A DNA stretch of 43,401 nt from Thermomicrobiales bacterium (GTDB taxonomy: Bacteria > Chloroflexota > Chloroflexia > Thermomicrobiales > UBA6265): assembly GCA_035936075.1 (NCBI GenBank), contig DASYWM010000164.1, positions 1-43,401 on the forward strand. Reading direction: 5' to 3'. Under the pieces are notes generated by a model. That model had not been told where the DNA came from. It worked only from the letters and a program-made list of their open reading frames with translations, and did not search any database. The position numbers were made by a program, and so were the translations under genes. Positions 19,590 through 29,747 of this stretch are shown here, in pieces. Position 1 is the first letter of the stretch. Every line of letters begins with the position of its first letter.

Positions 19590-19686
19590 GGGGAGGCGAT
19601 TCTCACAAGAAAAGCCCCATCTGTTCGCTCATCCACGCGAGATCGGAATGAAGCTACTCGCATTCGCGAGCGCGGGCCCGTGCGCT

Positions 19687-20037
19687 CTACGCTTCTTCAG
19701 GTCCGCAGTCGTCGTCGCTCAGCCAGTCCCGCCCGAACTCGCGCATGCTGTCGATAACCGGGAGGAGGGCATAGCCCTTGGATGTCAAGGTGTACTCGAC
19801 GCGCGGCGGCACTTCGGCGAAACAGCGCCGGTCAACAACCTCGCAATCCTCGAGCTTTTTGAGACGCTCGGAAAGTGTTTTCGGGCTTATACCCCGGAGG
19901 GATCGTTCCAGCTCGCTAAACCGCTTCTGCCCGTGAGCAAGGTCGCGCACAATAAGCGGGGTCCACTTGTTTCCTATGATCTCAGCCGTCCGGGCAACCG
20001 GACAGCCGACATCCTCTGTTCTAGATGTTGTCGCCAT
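19687..20037 (-). CDS. HxlR-family winged-helix transcriptional regulator
   Basis: CPVARTAEIIGNKWTPLIVRDLAHGQKRFSELERSLRGISPKTLSERLKKLE is the canonical HxlR-family core. Confidence 0.88.
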   Translation of the reverse strand: MATTSRTEDVGCPVARTAEIIGNKWTPLIVRDLAHGQKRFSELERSLRGISPKTLSERLKKLEDCEVVDRRCFAEVPPRVEYTLTSKGYALLPVIDSMREFGRDWLSDDDCGPEEA

Positions 20038-20269
20038 GGCGCGTCCCTGTTCCGGTGAAATCCTTCAATACTTTCCATATGATAGCACGAGCAGTGTGCT
20101 TTCTGATCTCCTCAGGTCCATCGCTGGCCATCTCGAGTTACCAGAGGGGTGGACGATCACGCTGATGTTGGCGATCAAGACCGGAGGAATTGCGGCTGCG
20201 AAGAGTTGTTTACGCCGCGAGGAGTTACGATCAACGCCACGTGGTCGCCCCTAGGTGATTTTGCGCTCG

Positions 20270-21337
20270 TCATTGCCCGCTCTCCCGGTCGAGTAACTCG
20301 CGTTTCCGCTCCTGTCCCCATCGATAGCCAGCGAGATCGCCGTTCTTGCGGACGCGTCGATGGCAGGGAATAGCGACCGCGACCGGGTTGGTCGCACAGG
20401 CGCGGGCCACAGCCCTGACCGACGATGGCGCGTCGATCAGTGCTGCCAGTTCCGAGTATGTGGGTCTCGTACCAGTTGGAACCTTCCGTAAGGCGTTCCA
20501 GACGCGATGCTGAAACGCGGTCCCGCGGAGATTGAGCGGAAGTCGAAGGCTTCCGGCGGGTCGTTCACCATACGAATTACCTCCGCAACGGTTTCCTCGA
20601 AGGCCGGATCAGTTCCGACAATCACCGCCCTGTCAAACTGTTCTTGCACCTGCGCGAACAAAGTCTCTGGATCCTCCCCAAACCCGATCGAGCAAATCCC
20701 TTTGTCGGTGGCTGCAATCGCGAAGGCCGAGGGACGTGTCGGCAATTGCAAAACGAATACGCTCGCCCGGGCCACTATCACGATACGCCGATGGAGTTAT
20801 GCCAATAGTCATATCGGTTGACGCGTAAAAACGGCCCGAGGATTGGTATCCGGTTTCGTAGACGGCCTGCGCGACAGATGGCGATGTCGGTAGCTCTTCA
20901 CGCACTCGTGCGGCGCGGTGGCTTCGGGCATACTGCCCGGGCGTGAGGCCGGTGATCGACTTGAAGGTGCGATGGAAATGGTATGGGCCCATGCCCGCGC
21001 TCGACGCAAGGTGCGCGAGTGTTGGCACGGTGTCAGCGGCCGCAATCGATTCACAGGCTTCGGCAATCACCTCGAGATGGCGCTGACGGGTAGAAGTTCC
21101 AGAAGGATTGCACCGTTTGCAGGGGCGGTATCCCTCCTGGATGGCGCGTGCCGGGGTGTCGTAGAACTCGGCATTTTCACGACGCGGGGTCTTTGCAGGA
21201 CAGCCGGGACGGCAAAATATGTACGTGGTCCGCACCGCGAAGACAAACTGCCCCTCAGCGGATACGTCCCTCTTGGTTACGGCTGACCACCGGGTATTGG
21301 CGCTGCCACGTTGAGCGTCGCCTTGTGCCACGTTCAT
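20270..21337 (-). pseudogene. ada: ada (Ada Zn-methyl-acceptor + AraC HTH + O6-methylguanine-DNA methyltransferase) interrupted by two frameshifts
   Basis: The N-terminal part (21337 down to ~20726) has FCRPGCPAKTP...YRPCKRCNP plus an AraC-type HTH. The middle part (~20725-20539), AFAIAATDKGICSIGFGEDPETL...PPEAFDF, reads only in a different frame. The C-terminal part (~20538-20270), LNLRGTAFQHRVW...AIPCHRRV...YRWG, is back in the original frame. The original frame hits a stop at 20633-20635. RBS GGGAGGA precedes ATG 21337. Confidence 0.8.
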
Positions 21338-21428
21338 CGGTGTCCTCCCTAACCCTGTTGATGCTTGATGGTCCAACAGCCATCTGCCACCATAGAGGTG
21401 GATGCAAACATCGGGGACAATCTGTCTC

Positions 21429-21441
21429 TTGCTTTCAAATT
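21429..21441 (-). promoter_or_regulatory. Ada-box-like motif AAT-N6-GCAA upstream of the ada pseudogene
   Basis: The minus strand reads AATTTGAAAGCAA, about 95 nt upstream of the ada ATG. It matches the recalled E. coli Ada operator pattern AAT(N6)GCAA. The motif is short and could occur by chance. Confidence 0.2.
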
Positions 21442-21540
21442 GTGAGGAATATCTAGGATCAGGACACGAAGTGCACGTATACTCGACGCTGGCTCCGTTA
21501 CCCTAGGCCTGCTGTCGTACGAGATAGACGAAGTGGACGA

Positions 21541-21882
21541 ATGATCCGACTTATTGCCTATGCGCTCTCCGCGGTGATTGCCGCATTGGCCACCGCGACC
21601 ATCTCCGAGCGATTGCTGACATTTGATACCCCCCAGAGCGTGATTATTTTCGGCCTGGTGATGGGCGTCATTGACGCATTCATCAAGCCGATCGTGCGCC
21701 TTCTGTCTTTTCCGATCACATGTCTTACCTTTGGTCTCTTCTCCCTCGTGATCAACGCGGCGTTATTCGGCCTCGGATCCTTTCTGGTTCCCGGTATTGA
21801 AGTGAGCTGGGTAGGTGCAGTTCTGGGATCGATTCTTGTAAGCATCGCTTCAGGCGTGATCTTCTCGGTGCTTGATGAGTAG
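21541..21882 (+). CDS. Phage-holin-family-4 / DUF360 (YvlD-like) small membrane protein
   Basis: 113 aa with four hydrophobic helices. The central pattern GVIDAFIKPIVRLLSFPITCLTFGLFSLVINAALF matches the recalled DUF360 core (NAFVRPLL..LTLP.T..TLGLF.LVINA). Confidence 0.65.
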   Translation: MIRLIAYALSAVIAALATATISERLLTFDTPQSVIIFGLVMGVIDAFIKPIVRLLSFPITCLTFGLFSLVINAALFGLGSFLVPGIEVSWVGAVLGSILVSIASGVIFSVLDE

Positions 21883-22486
21883 GCGAAGCCAGGCAGCAGG
21901 ACCGACAACGCGGGAGCGGAATTTCGATGCTCCCCTTACCATCGGCGTGATCTCCGACACGCACATCTATCCCCATAGTTCCCGCGAGCTCCACCCTGCC
22001 CTGATCCGATTCTTCCGACGCGCGAATGTCGGGTTGATGGTCCATCTCGGCGATGTCAACTCCCGGCCCGTGCTGGACGAAATTGCCGACATTGCTCCTC
22101 TCATCGCCGTTCACGGAAATAATGACGACGAGGAACTGCAGGTGGTGTTGCCCAGAACAACCCGCTTCAGTGTTGGCAGGTTCACGTTCGGCGTTATTCA
22201 CGGGCATGGTGGTCGCTCGGCCCGGGATGAAGCAATCAAGCGATGGGTTGGCAAGGTCGATTGCGTCCTCTTCGGGCACAGTCACAAGCCGCTTCTGGAG
22301 AAGATCAACGAGACAGTTCTGTTCAACCCTGGGTCGGCCGTCGAACGCAGATGGCATCCGCATTTCGGCGTGGGGCTCATTACCATCGAGGAGGATCGGT
22401 TTACTCCCGACTTGGTTGTTTTCACACACCCGGAACACCTGGATAATGTGCAAGTTGGGACGGATGAAACCGGATCGCGCATGTGA
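21875..22486 (+). CDS. YfcE/MJ0936-type metallophosphoesterase
   Basis: Motifs ISDTH, HLGD, HGNND, IHGHG and FGHSH appear in canonical order. ATG 21875 overlaps the upstream stop by 8 nt. Confidence 0.85.
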   Translation: MSRRSQAAGPTTRERNFDAPLTIGVISDTHIYPHSSRELHPALIRFFRRANVGLMVHLGDVNSRPVLDEIADIAPLIAVHGNNDDEELQVVLPRTTRFSVGRFTFGVIHGHGGRSARDEAIKRWVGKVDCVLFGHSHKPLLEKINETVLFNPGSAVERRWHPHFGVGLITIEEDRFTPDLVVFTHPEHLDNVQVGTDETGSRM

Positions 22487-22530
22487 TGTAGTTCGTCCGT
22501 TCGTATGTTTGCATGAGAGGATAGTGCCAC

Positions 22531-23625
22531 GTGGATCCCAGACTCGATCAAGGCCGATGGTTGCGCATTCCCGGACCAACGCCTTTGCACCCGGATGTCG
22601 TTCAGGCCCTGACGCACGAGATGGTGCCGCATCGCGGGCCAGAGGTACAGGAGACGATGGCGCGCATCCAGCCGATCGCGAAGAGGGTGCATGGTACCGA
22701 GAAGGGGCTCGTGCTGCTCTGGGCAGGAACCGGGACCACCGGTTTCGAGGCTTCGATTGTGAACCTTCTGGCACCGGGTGACCACGTCGTAGTGACGGTG
22801 GCCGGTGATTTCGGTGGCCGATACGCGCGTGTGGCCGAGGCGCTCCAGCTTCACGTTCACCGTCTGGAAGTTGAGTGGGGCGAAGCGGTCACCCCCGAGA
22901 TGCTGAAGGCCGCGATCGCCGCGCACGGGGATGTCAAGGCAGTATTGATCACGCATAACGAGACATCGACAGGCGTCACCCAGCCATTGGATGACCTGTC
23001 ATCTGTTGCTCGCGATGCGGGAGCACTGGTGCTCGTTGATGCCGTCAGCTCAGCGGCAGCGCTTCCGATCAACATGGATGAGAACGGTTTGGATTGGGTG
23101 CTATCTGGTGCGCAGAAGGCGTGGATGTGTCCTCCGGGATTGATGATCAGCGCTCTCAGCGAGCGCGCCCTTGAAGTGGCCAGGCACCAAAAGGGATATC
23201 CCCGGGCGACTTGGGACGCAATCGCCATGGCAGAGGCATCGGCCCAGAACTACCACCCGACGACAGGCCCGCTCACAGCCCTGTTCGCACTGGACGCCGC
23301 ACTTCAGGCCGTACAGACCGAAGGCATTGACCAACTCTTCGAGCGCCACAAGAGACTCGGAACCCACCTCCGGGAGGGCATGGAGCGGATCGGGATCGAG
23401 ATCCTTGCAGATCCACGGTATGTCTCCGACTCAGTCACCGCCTTCATTCCGCCGTCGGGGATGAGCGCGGCGACGTTCCGCGACAAGGTACGCGATGCGT
23501 CGGGTGTTGAGATCGCGGTAGGACAAGGTAAACTTGCTGATAGCGTGAACCGGATTGGTCATATGGGCTGGGTTGCACAGCCGGAACTTGATGCGACATT
23601 GGAGGCACTTGAGGCTGCAAAGTAA
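22531..23625 (+). CDS. Class V PLP-dependent aminotransferase (alanine/serine--glyoxylate aminotransferase family)
   Basis: About 364 aa, with the PLP-lysine context VLSGAQKAWMCPPGL and a THNETSTG segment. GAGAGGA lies 9 nt before GTG 22531. Confidence 0.8.
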   Translation: MDPRLDQGRWLRIPGPTPLHPDVVQALTHEMVPHRGPEVQETMARIQPIAKRVHGTEKGLVLLWAGTGTTGFEASIVNLLAPGDHVVVTVAGDFGGRYARVAEALQLHVHRLEVEWGEAVTPEMLKAAIAAHGDVKAVLITHNETSTGVTQPLDDLSSVARDAGALVLVDAVSSAAALPINMDENGLDWVLSGAQKAWMCPPGLMISALSERALEVARHQKGYPRATWDAIAMAEASAQNYHPTTGPLTALFALDAALQAVQTEGIDQLFERHKRLGTHLREGMERIGIEILADPRYVSDSVTAFIPPSGMSAATFRDKVRDASGVEIAVGQGKLADSVNRIGHMGWVAQPELDATLEALEAAK

Positions 23626-23788
23626 GCGCTTTGCATTTGAGAACCTATTTTGGCGAGCAGCGTTTATCGTTGTCCTGAATGGGATTTTCCGGTATGATTG
23701 TGGCTAGCCTCCCCGGAAAGGGCGATTCCGCCCTGAAATAATCCGGTGTGAGGATTGTTGCGTGACTTTTGGTTTTTAAGGATGGTCT

Positions 23789-25540
23789 ATGGACGGTACG
23801 GACGTTCGTGAGCAAGAAGCACAAGTGAACGGTGATGAGCAGGAGCAGACAATGGATGCTTCTGCACAAACCACCGCTAACGGGGTCGAACTCGACGAGG
23901 AGCTCGATGGTGCCTCGCTCATGGAGCAATTCCTCAGTGATCCCAGCCATGACTACAAGACCCTGAAATACGGGGACGTCTTGGAAGGCATCATCATGCA
24001 CGTCGATCGGGACGAGCTGCTTGTGGACATCGGTTCCAAGGCAGAAGGCATCGTTCCGTCGAAGGAGTACTCGAGCCTTTCCACTGAGGAGAAGGACAAG
24101 CTCCAGGTTGGCGACAACATTCTGGTCTTCGTGGTTCAGCCCGAAAACCCGGAAGGTCATCCAGTCGTCAGCATCGATCGTGCCCGACAGGAGAAGAGCT
24201 GGAGGCGCTTGCAGGAGCTGCACGAGGCCAACGAGGTCATCGAGGCGGAGGTCACCAATTACAACAAGGGTGGCCTGCTGGTGAATCTCGACGGCGTTCG
24301 TGGGTTCGTTCCGGCATCTCAAGTCAGCGAAATCCGCGGTGGTGATGAGGCTGCGAAGCAGGCGGATATGGCGCGCCTGATTGGCAGCAGTCTGCCGCTC
24401 AAGGTCATTGAGATCAACCGACACCGGAATCGCCTCATCCTCTCGGAGCGGCAGGCCGTTCAGGAACGCCGCGACGTGATGAAGGAGCAGTTGATCCAGG
24501 AATTGCATGAGGGCGAGATTCGCAAGGGCCGCGTCTCCTCGATCTGCGACTTCGGTGCCTTCGTGGACATCGGCGGAGCCGATGGACTCGTTCACCTTTC
24601 CGAACTGAGCTGGAGCCGCGTTCGCCACCCAAGCGAACTGCTCAGAATCGGCGAAGAAGTAGATGTCTACGTGCTGGGCATCAATGCCACCGAGAAGAAA
24701 ATTGCGCTCTCGATCAAGCGCACACAGGCGGAGCCCTGGAGCCGCGTCGCGAACTCATACGAGGTCGGACAGCTCGTCAAGGGTACGGTCACCCAGTTGG
24801 CAAACTTTGGTGCGTTCGCCCGCATCGAGGACGGCATCGAGGGCCTTATCCACGTCTCGGAGCTTGCCGACGAGCGGATCCAGCATCCGAAGCAGGTCGT
24901 GCAGGAAGGCCAGGACCTACTCCTGCGAATCATCCGCATCGATCCGCAGCGTCGCCGGATGGGCCTCAGCCTTCGACGCGCGCTCGATACGCCCGACGCT
25001 GAGCTTCAGGCAGTCTTCGGCGAGGAAATTCTCGAGGAGCGTGACGCGCTTGCCCAGCGCATCCGCGTGTCCCTTGATGCTGAAGGACTGACGGGAACAC
25101 GCCAGGATGAGCCTGCTCCTTCCGAGGTTCCGGCCGCCAGAACCGAAACGGGAACCGCAGAGCCACTTGATGTCGACGCCGCGACGCCGGCGCTTGGCGA
25201 AGCCCAGGTAGCCGCGTTCGAGGAGCGCAGCCGCCGTGCCGAGCAGGCCGCCCAGCAGCGTCAGCAGCGCCAGCGTGCTCGACAGCAGCAACAGCAGCAA
25301 GAGGGCGGAGCCAACTTCGAGGACGAAAGCATGTCTGCGATGGCGATGGCGTTTGCCATGGCCGGAGCCGATGCTGACCTTCTCGCAGGAGCCGACGAGC
25401 AAGCCGCCGCGGCAGCGGCGGCCACGGAGTCTGAAGACACCGTCGCTCCCGCCGCCGAAGATGGTGGCGATGCGACCGAAGTCACGGAGAAGGACGTACT
25501 CCAGGACACGGTTGGTGATGAGGAATCAAGCGAGGGGTAA
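23789..25540 (+). CDS. rpsA: 30S ribosomal protein S1 (four S1 domains) with long low-complexity C-terminal extension
   Basis: Four S1 OB-fold repeats (GDVLEGIIMHV..., VIEAEVTNYNKGGLLVNL, GEIRKGRVSSICDFGAFVDIGGADGLVHLSEL, GQLVKGTVTQLANFGAFARIEDGIEGLIHVSEL). AAGGA lies 6 nt before ATG 23789. Confidence 0.9.
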   Translation: MDGTDVREQEAQVNGDEQEQTMDASAQTTANGVELDEELDGASLMEQFLSDPSHDYKTLKYGDVLEGIIMHVDRDELLVDIGSKAEGIVPSKEYSSLSTEEKDKLQVGDNILVFVVQPENPEGHPVVSIDRARQEKSWRRLQELHEANEVIEAEVTNYNKGGLLVNLDGVRGFVPASQVSEIRGGDEAAKQADMARLIGSSLPLKVIEINRHRNRLILSERQAVQERRDVMKEQLIQELHEGEIRKGRVSSICDFGAFVDIGGADGLVHLSELSWSRVRHPSELLRIGEEVDVYVLGINATEKKIALSIKRTQAEPWSRVANSYEVGQLVKGTVTQLANFGAFARIEDGIEGLIHVSELADERIQHPKQVVQEGQDLLLRIIRIDPQRRRMGLSLRRALDTPDAELQAVFGEEILEERDALAQRIRVSLDAEGLTGTRQDEPAPSEVPAARTETGTAEPLDVDAATPALGEAQVAAFEERSRRAEQAAQQRQQRQRARQQQQQQEGGANFEDESMSAMAMAFAMAGADADLLAGADEQAAAAAAATESEDTVAPAAEDGGDATEVTEKDVLQDTVGDEESSEG

Positions 25541-25596
25541 TCGGACATATTCGTGTCAACCGGGTGACTTCTGGTTGCGGAATTGCATAGAATAGT

Positions 25597-25634
25597 CAAT
25601 ACCGGCAGGTGTCATTGAGCACATGCCGGTATTG
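25597..25634 (+). terminator. Perfect 11-bp hairpin downstream of rpsA (no clear U-tail)
   Basis: CAATACCGGCA (25597-25607) pairs with TGCCGGTATTG (25624-25634), with a 16-nt loop, followed by TCCATCC. Confidence 0.4.
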
Positions 25635-25816
25635 TCCATCCCTGACCCTGTGACAGGAGGGCCAATCGGGTATAGGATTAGAAACACAAGGGCAAGCTCG
25701 AACGTTGAAGATGTACAGCCATCGGGCGCTGGTCTTGGATTGGAAGTCACGCAGGTATCACAGTGACGCAAGGTGATTTCATTCATCGATGCTCACCATA
25801 AGACGGGAGAGCCAGG

Positions 25817-28300
25817 ATGGCGGAGAAGTTCGACAAATTCACAGATCGAGCCCGCAAGGTCCTCACGCTCGCCCAGGAAGAGGCGCAGAGGTTCAACCAC
25901 AATTACATCGGGACCGAACATCTGCTTCTCGGGTTGGTGCGTGAGGGTGACGGAGTTGCAGCAAAGGTGCTGGCGAACATGGGCGTGCAATTGCCCAAGG
26001 TTCGCTCGGCAGTGGAGTTCATCATTGGGCGTGGGGAAACCATGGTGCTGGCCGAAATCGGGCTGACACCACGCGCCAAGAAGGTGATCGAGCTGGCAGT
26101 GGATGAGGCACGGCGGCTGAATCACCATTACATCGGTACCGAGCACCTGCTGTTGGGCCTCGTTCGCGAGGGCGAGGGCATCGCCGCCGGTGTCCTTGAA
26201 AGCCTCGGGGTAAACCTCGAGAAGGTCCGCACCCAGGTCATGCAGGTTGTCAGTCAGGGCGGCTCCTCGCCATCCTCGGCAGGGCCATCGGGCAAGGGAC
26301 AGGCGCAGACCAAGACGCCGTACCTCGACTCGCTCGGCTTTGATCTCACAGAGGCAGCACGCTCCGATAAACTCGGGCCGCTCGTTGGGCGAAGCACCGA
26401 GATTGACCGCGTGATGCAGATTCTCTCACGCCGCACGAAGAATAATCCGGCGTTAATCGGCGAACCGGGCGTTGGAAAGACGGCCATCGTCGAGGGCCTT
26501 GCCCAGCGAATCGTTTCCGGTGATGTCCCCGATCAGTTGCAGAACAAGCGATTGGTCGCGCTCGACATCGGAGCGCTTGTCGCGGGCACGAAGTATCGTG
26601 GTGAGTTCGAAGAGCGCCTCAAGAAGATCGTGAACGAGGTCAAGGAAACGAAGAGTATCCTTTTCATCGATGAGCTTCACACGCTAGTTGGTGCCGGGGC
26701 TGCCGAGGGCGCAGTGGACGCGGCGAACATACTGAAGCCGGCGCTTTCCAGAGGCGAGCTCCAGACGATCGGCGCAACCACCCTCGACGAATACCGCAAG
26801 CATATCGAGCGCGATGCTGCCCTTGAGCGACGCTTCCAGCCTGTGCACGTGCAGGAACCCTCGATCGAGGAAACGATCCAGATCCTCAAAGGCGTGCGAC
26901 AGTTGTACGAGGTGCACCACAAGCTCAAGATCTCTGATGAGGCTCTTGATGCAGCGGCCAACCTCGCGGCACGGTATGTCCCTGACCGTTTCATGCCGGA
27001 CAAGGCGATTGACCTGATCGACGAAGCATCCTCGCGAGTGCGGATGCAACGATCGGCGGCGCCTCCTACCTTGAAGGATGCAATGACCGGACTCGGGTCG
27101 CTGCAGAACGAGCTTGAGGACGCAGTGAACAGCCGCGAGTTCGAGCTGGCTGCAGAGCTGCGAGACCGCGAGCGAAAGCTCAGGGATCGCATCGAGACGA
27201 TGGAACGCGACCGCCGCGAGACCCAGGCTGCCGAAGAGGTATATGTCACAGAGGAGGATGTCGCAGGCGTCGTCTCGATGTGGACCGGGATCCCGCTGGT
27301 TCGGATCGCGGGCGAGGAATCCGAGCGACTGCTCAAGATGGAAGAGGTCCTGCACGAGAAAATCGTGGGACAGGGCGAAGCGATCACGACCATCTCCAAG
27401 GCAGTGCGTCGAGCACGAGCGGGGATCAAGGATCCGCGGCGACCCATTGGCTCGTTCATCTTCCTTGGGCCCACCGGCGTCGGCAAGAGCTACCTGGCGC
27501 GGATGCTCGCAGAGTTCATCTTCGGATCCGAAACCAACCTGATCAAGATCGACATGTCGGAGTTCATGGAGCGCCATTCCGTCGCACGCCTGGTTGGTGC
27601 ACCTCCGGGCTATGTCGGCTACGAAGAGGGCGGTCAGCTTACGGAGGCGGTGCGGCGCAAGTCGTACTCTGTGATCCTGCTTGACGAGATCGAGAAAGCG
27701 CACCCTGAAGCATTCAACATGCTCCTCCAGATCATGGAGGATGGATCGTTGGCCGATGCCAAGGGGCGCCGGGTCGATTTCCGGAACACGATCATCATCA
27801 TGACGTCGAATATCGGCGCGGAAGAAATTTCCCGGGACATGACGATGGGCTTTGTCTCCCGTCAGGATGAGGAGGGAGAGAAGTCTCGCGAGCACGGGCT
27901 GATGAAGGATAAGGTCATGCAGCGTCTGAAGCAGACGTTCCGACCAGAGTTCCTGAACCGGATCGATGCTACGATCGTGTTCCATTCACTGACCAAGCTC
28001 GAGATCCGCCAGATCGTAGACCTGGAGATGGAGCGGGTGCGCGAGCAGCTGAAGGAGCAAGGCATTACGCTTCAGATCACCGACGGGGCCAAGGATTTTA
28101 TCGGCAAGGAAGGCTACGACCACACCTACGGTGCGCGGCCGCTACGTCGGGTCATCCAGAACCGGATCGAGGATCCGTTAGCCGAGGGTCTGTTGGACCA
28201 GCGGTTCCCGAGCGGCACCACTGTCAAGGCAGATGTCAAGGATGACGAGATTACGCTGGAATCGGTCGAGACAGAGGCAAACGAACTCATTCCCGTATAG
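25817..28300 (+). CDS. clpC: ATP-dependent Clp protease ATP-binding subunit ClpC
   Basis: Duplicated Clp_N repeat ([20 protein letters not shown] / [20 protein letters not shown]). Walker A motifs [15 protein letters not shown] and [18 protein letters not shown]-like motif [15 protein letters not shown]. Confidence 0.95.
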   Translation: MAEKFDKFTDRARKVLTLAQEEAQRFNHNYIGTEHLLLGLVREGDGVAAKVLANMGVQLPKVRSAVEFIIGRGETMVLAEIGLTPRAKKVIELAVDEARRLNHHYIGTEHLLLGLVREGEGIAAGVLESLGVNLEKVRTQVMQVVSQGGSSPSSAGPSGKGQAQTKTPYLDSLGFDLTEAARSDKLGPLVGRSTEIDRVMQILSRRTKNNPALIGEPGVGKTAIVEGLAQRIVSGDVPDQLQNKRLVALDIGALVAGTKYRGEFEERLKKIVNEVKETKSILFIDELHTLVGAGAAEGAVDAANILKPALSRGELQTIGATTLDEYRKHIERDAALERRFQPVHVQEPSIEETIQILKGVRQLYEVHHKLKISDEALDAAANLAARYVPDRFMPDKAIDLIDEASSRVRMQRSAAPPTLKDAMTGLGSLQNELEDAVNSREFELAAELRDRERKLRDRIETMERDRRETQAAEEVYVTEEDVAGVVSMWTGIPLVRIAGEESERLLKMEEVLHEKIVGQGEAITTISKAVRRARAGIKDPRRPIGSFIFLGPTGVGKSYLARMLAEFIFGSETNLIKIDMSEFMERHSVARLVGAPPGYVGYEEGGQLTEAVRRKSYSVILLDEIEKAHPEAFNMLLQIMEDGSLADAKGRRVDFRNTIIIMTSNIGAEEISRDMTMGFVSRQDEEGEKSREHGLMKDKVMQRLKQTFRPEFLNRIDATIVFHSLTKLEIRQIVDLEMERVREQLKEQGITLQITDGAKDFIGKEGYDHTYGARPLRRVIQNRIEDPLAEGLLDQRFPSGTTVKADVKDDEITLESVETEANELIPV

Positions 28301-28325
28301 GTGGATGACCGATACGAGGCGAAGA

Positions 28326-28357
28326 AACGGCGCGACGGAGAATCCCGTCGCGCCGTT
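28326..28357 (+). terminator. Perfect 13-bp hairpin in the clpC-radA spacer
   Basis: AACGGCGCGACGG (28326-28338), loop AGAATC, CCGTCGCGCCGTT (28345-28357). It is followed by CCTGTCC (no U-tract) and lies 20 nt before the radA ATG. Confidence 0.4.
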
Positions 28358-28376
28358 CCTGTCCAGAGAGCACATC

Positions 28377-29747
28377 ATGGCAAAAACACGCACAACCTGG
28401 ATCTGCCAACAATGCGGAACAGCAAGTCCGGCGTATCTCGGGCGATGTCCCGGGTGCGGGCAGTGGAATACGATGGTCGAGACCATCGATGAACGTAGCT
28501 CACCGAAGGCCGCTGCACGCAGGCGGGTATCCGGGACATCAGCACTCAAGCCGCTGAACCAGATCTCGCCGGAAGGCCAGGCGCGCACGCCTGTCGGCAT
28601 CGCCGAGTTCAATCGGGTACTGGGTGGCGGATTGGTCCCTGGCTCCCTTGTTCTCGTTGGTGGCGATCCGGGCATTGGCAAGTCAACACTTATCTTGCAG
28701 GCTGCCGGCGCACTGGCTGAACCGAACGCGCCGGTCGTCTACGTCTCCGCGGAGGAATCGGCGCAGCAAATCAAGTTGCGAGCCGATCGTCTGCGGGTGC
28801 GGTCCGACGACATCCTCGTACTCTCGGAGACGAACCTGGACGAGATCCTGGCGACGGCAGAGGCGGCGAAGCCCGGTTTGCTGGTCGTGGACTCTATCCA
28901 GACGGTGATGCTCGACGAGATCACATCTGCGGCGGGAAGCGTTTCCCAGGTGCGGGAATGTACGAGCCGGCTTATGCAATGGGCTAAGCCGAGAAACATC
29001 CCGGTGTTCATTATTGGACACGTGACCAAGGAAGGTACGATTGCCGGTCCGCGCGTGCTCGAGCATATGGTCGATGCGGTCCTCTACCTGGAAGGTGAGC
29101 GGTTTCACCAATACCGGATCTTGAGAGCGGTCAAAAACCGGTTCGGATCGACTGATGAGGTCGGCGTCTTCGAAATGATTGGAGATGGCCTGCGCGAAGT
29201 CCGGAACCCTTCAGAAGCGTTCCTTGAGGAGCGGTCGTCGATTGCTCCCGGTTCAACTGTGGCGGTGACCATGGAGGGCTCGCGCCCGATACTGGTGGAA
29301 GTCCAGGCGCTTGCTACGCCGAGTAGTTTCTCCATGCCGCGGAGGAGTGCGAACGGGTTGGACACGAACCGGCTCCAGTTGCTTGTGGCAGTCCTGCAGA
29401 AGCGCGTCGGACTCGGGCTCGGGACCCAAGACGTCTACGCCAACGTGGTTGGAGGATTGCGGATCATGGAACCGGCGGCTGATCTCGCCGTGGCCGTGGC
29501 CGTGGCGTCAAGCTTGAGAGACAGGCCAGTCGAGCCATCAACGGTCTGCATTGGCGAGATTGGGCTCTCGGGGGAACTCCGAAGCGTCAATCACCTGGAG
29601 CGGCGTGTTCAGGAGGCATCCAGACTCGGGTTTCGGCGAGCGATCGTTCCGGAACGATCCGCGAACCTGCCTGCGGTATCGAAACTCGGTATCGAGATCA
29701 TCCCGGTTTCAACTGCCGCCGAGGCTATCGAGGCGGGGAGTCCCTGA
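28377..29747 (+). CDS. radA: DNA repair protein RadA/Sms
   Basis: Zn finger CQQCGTASPAYLGRCPGCGQWNT, Walker A GGDPGIGKSTL, the KNRFG motif, and a Lon-like C-terminal domain. ATG 28377 is chosen. The ORF-track start at 28233 overlaps the clpC 3' end. Confidence 0.93.
   Translation: MAKTRTTWICQQCGTASPAYLGRCPGCGQWNTMVETIDERSSPKAAARRRVSGTSALKPLNQISPEGQARTPVGIAEFNRVLGGGLVPGSLVLVGGDPGIGKSTLILQAAGALAEPNAPVVYVSAEESAQQIKLRADRLRVRSDDILVLSETNLDEILATAEAAKPGLLVVDSIQTVMLDEITSAAGSVSQVRECTSRLMQWAKPRNIPVFIIGHVTKEGTIAGPRVLEHMVDAVLYLEGERFHQYRILRAVKNRFGSTDEVGVFEMIGDGLREVRNPSEAFLEERSSIAPGSTVAVTMEGSRPILVEVQALATPSSFSMPRRSANGLDTNRLQLLVAVLQKRVGLGLGTQDVYANVVGGLRIMEPAADLAVAVAVASSLRDRPVEPSTVCIGEIGLSGELRSVNHLERRVQEASRLGFRRAIVPERSANLPAVSKLGIEIIPVSTAAEAIEAGSP

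Noticed and set aside
21752-22774. 340-aa minus-strand ORF spanning the metallophosphoesterase and aminotransferase starts
   Set aside because: It has low-complexity Arg/Pro/Ser-rich sequence with no motifs, and it overlaps two well-supported plus-strand genes.
23645-24628. 327-aa ORF antisense to rpsA
   Set aside because: It is an antisense artefact. The S1 domains on the plus strand are unambiguous.
26684-27985. 433-aa ORF antisense to clpC (plus a 269-aa neighbour at 26677-27486)
   Set aside because: It is an antisense artefact of a long GC-rich gene with no domain signatures.
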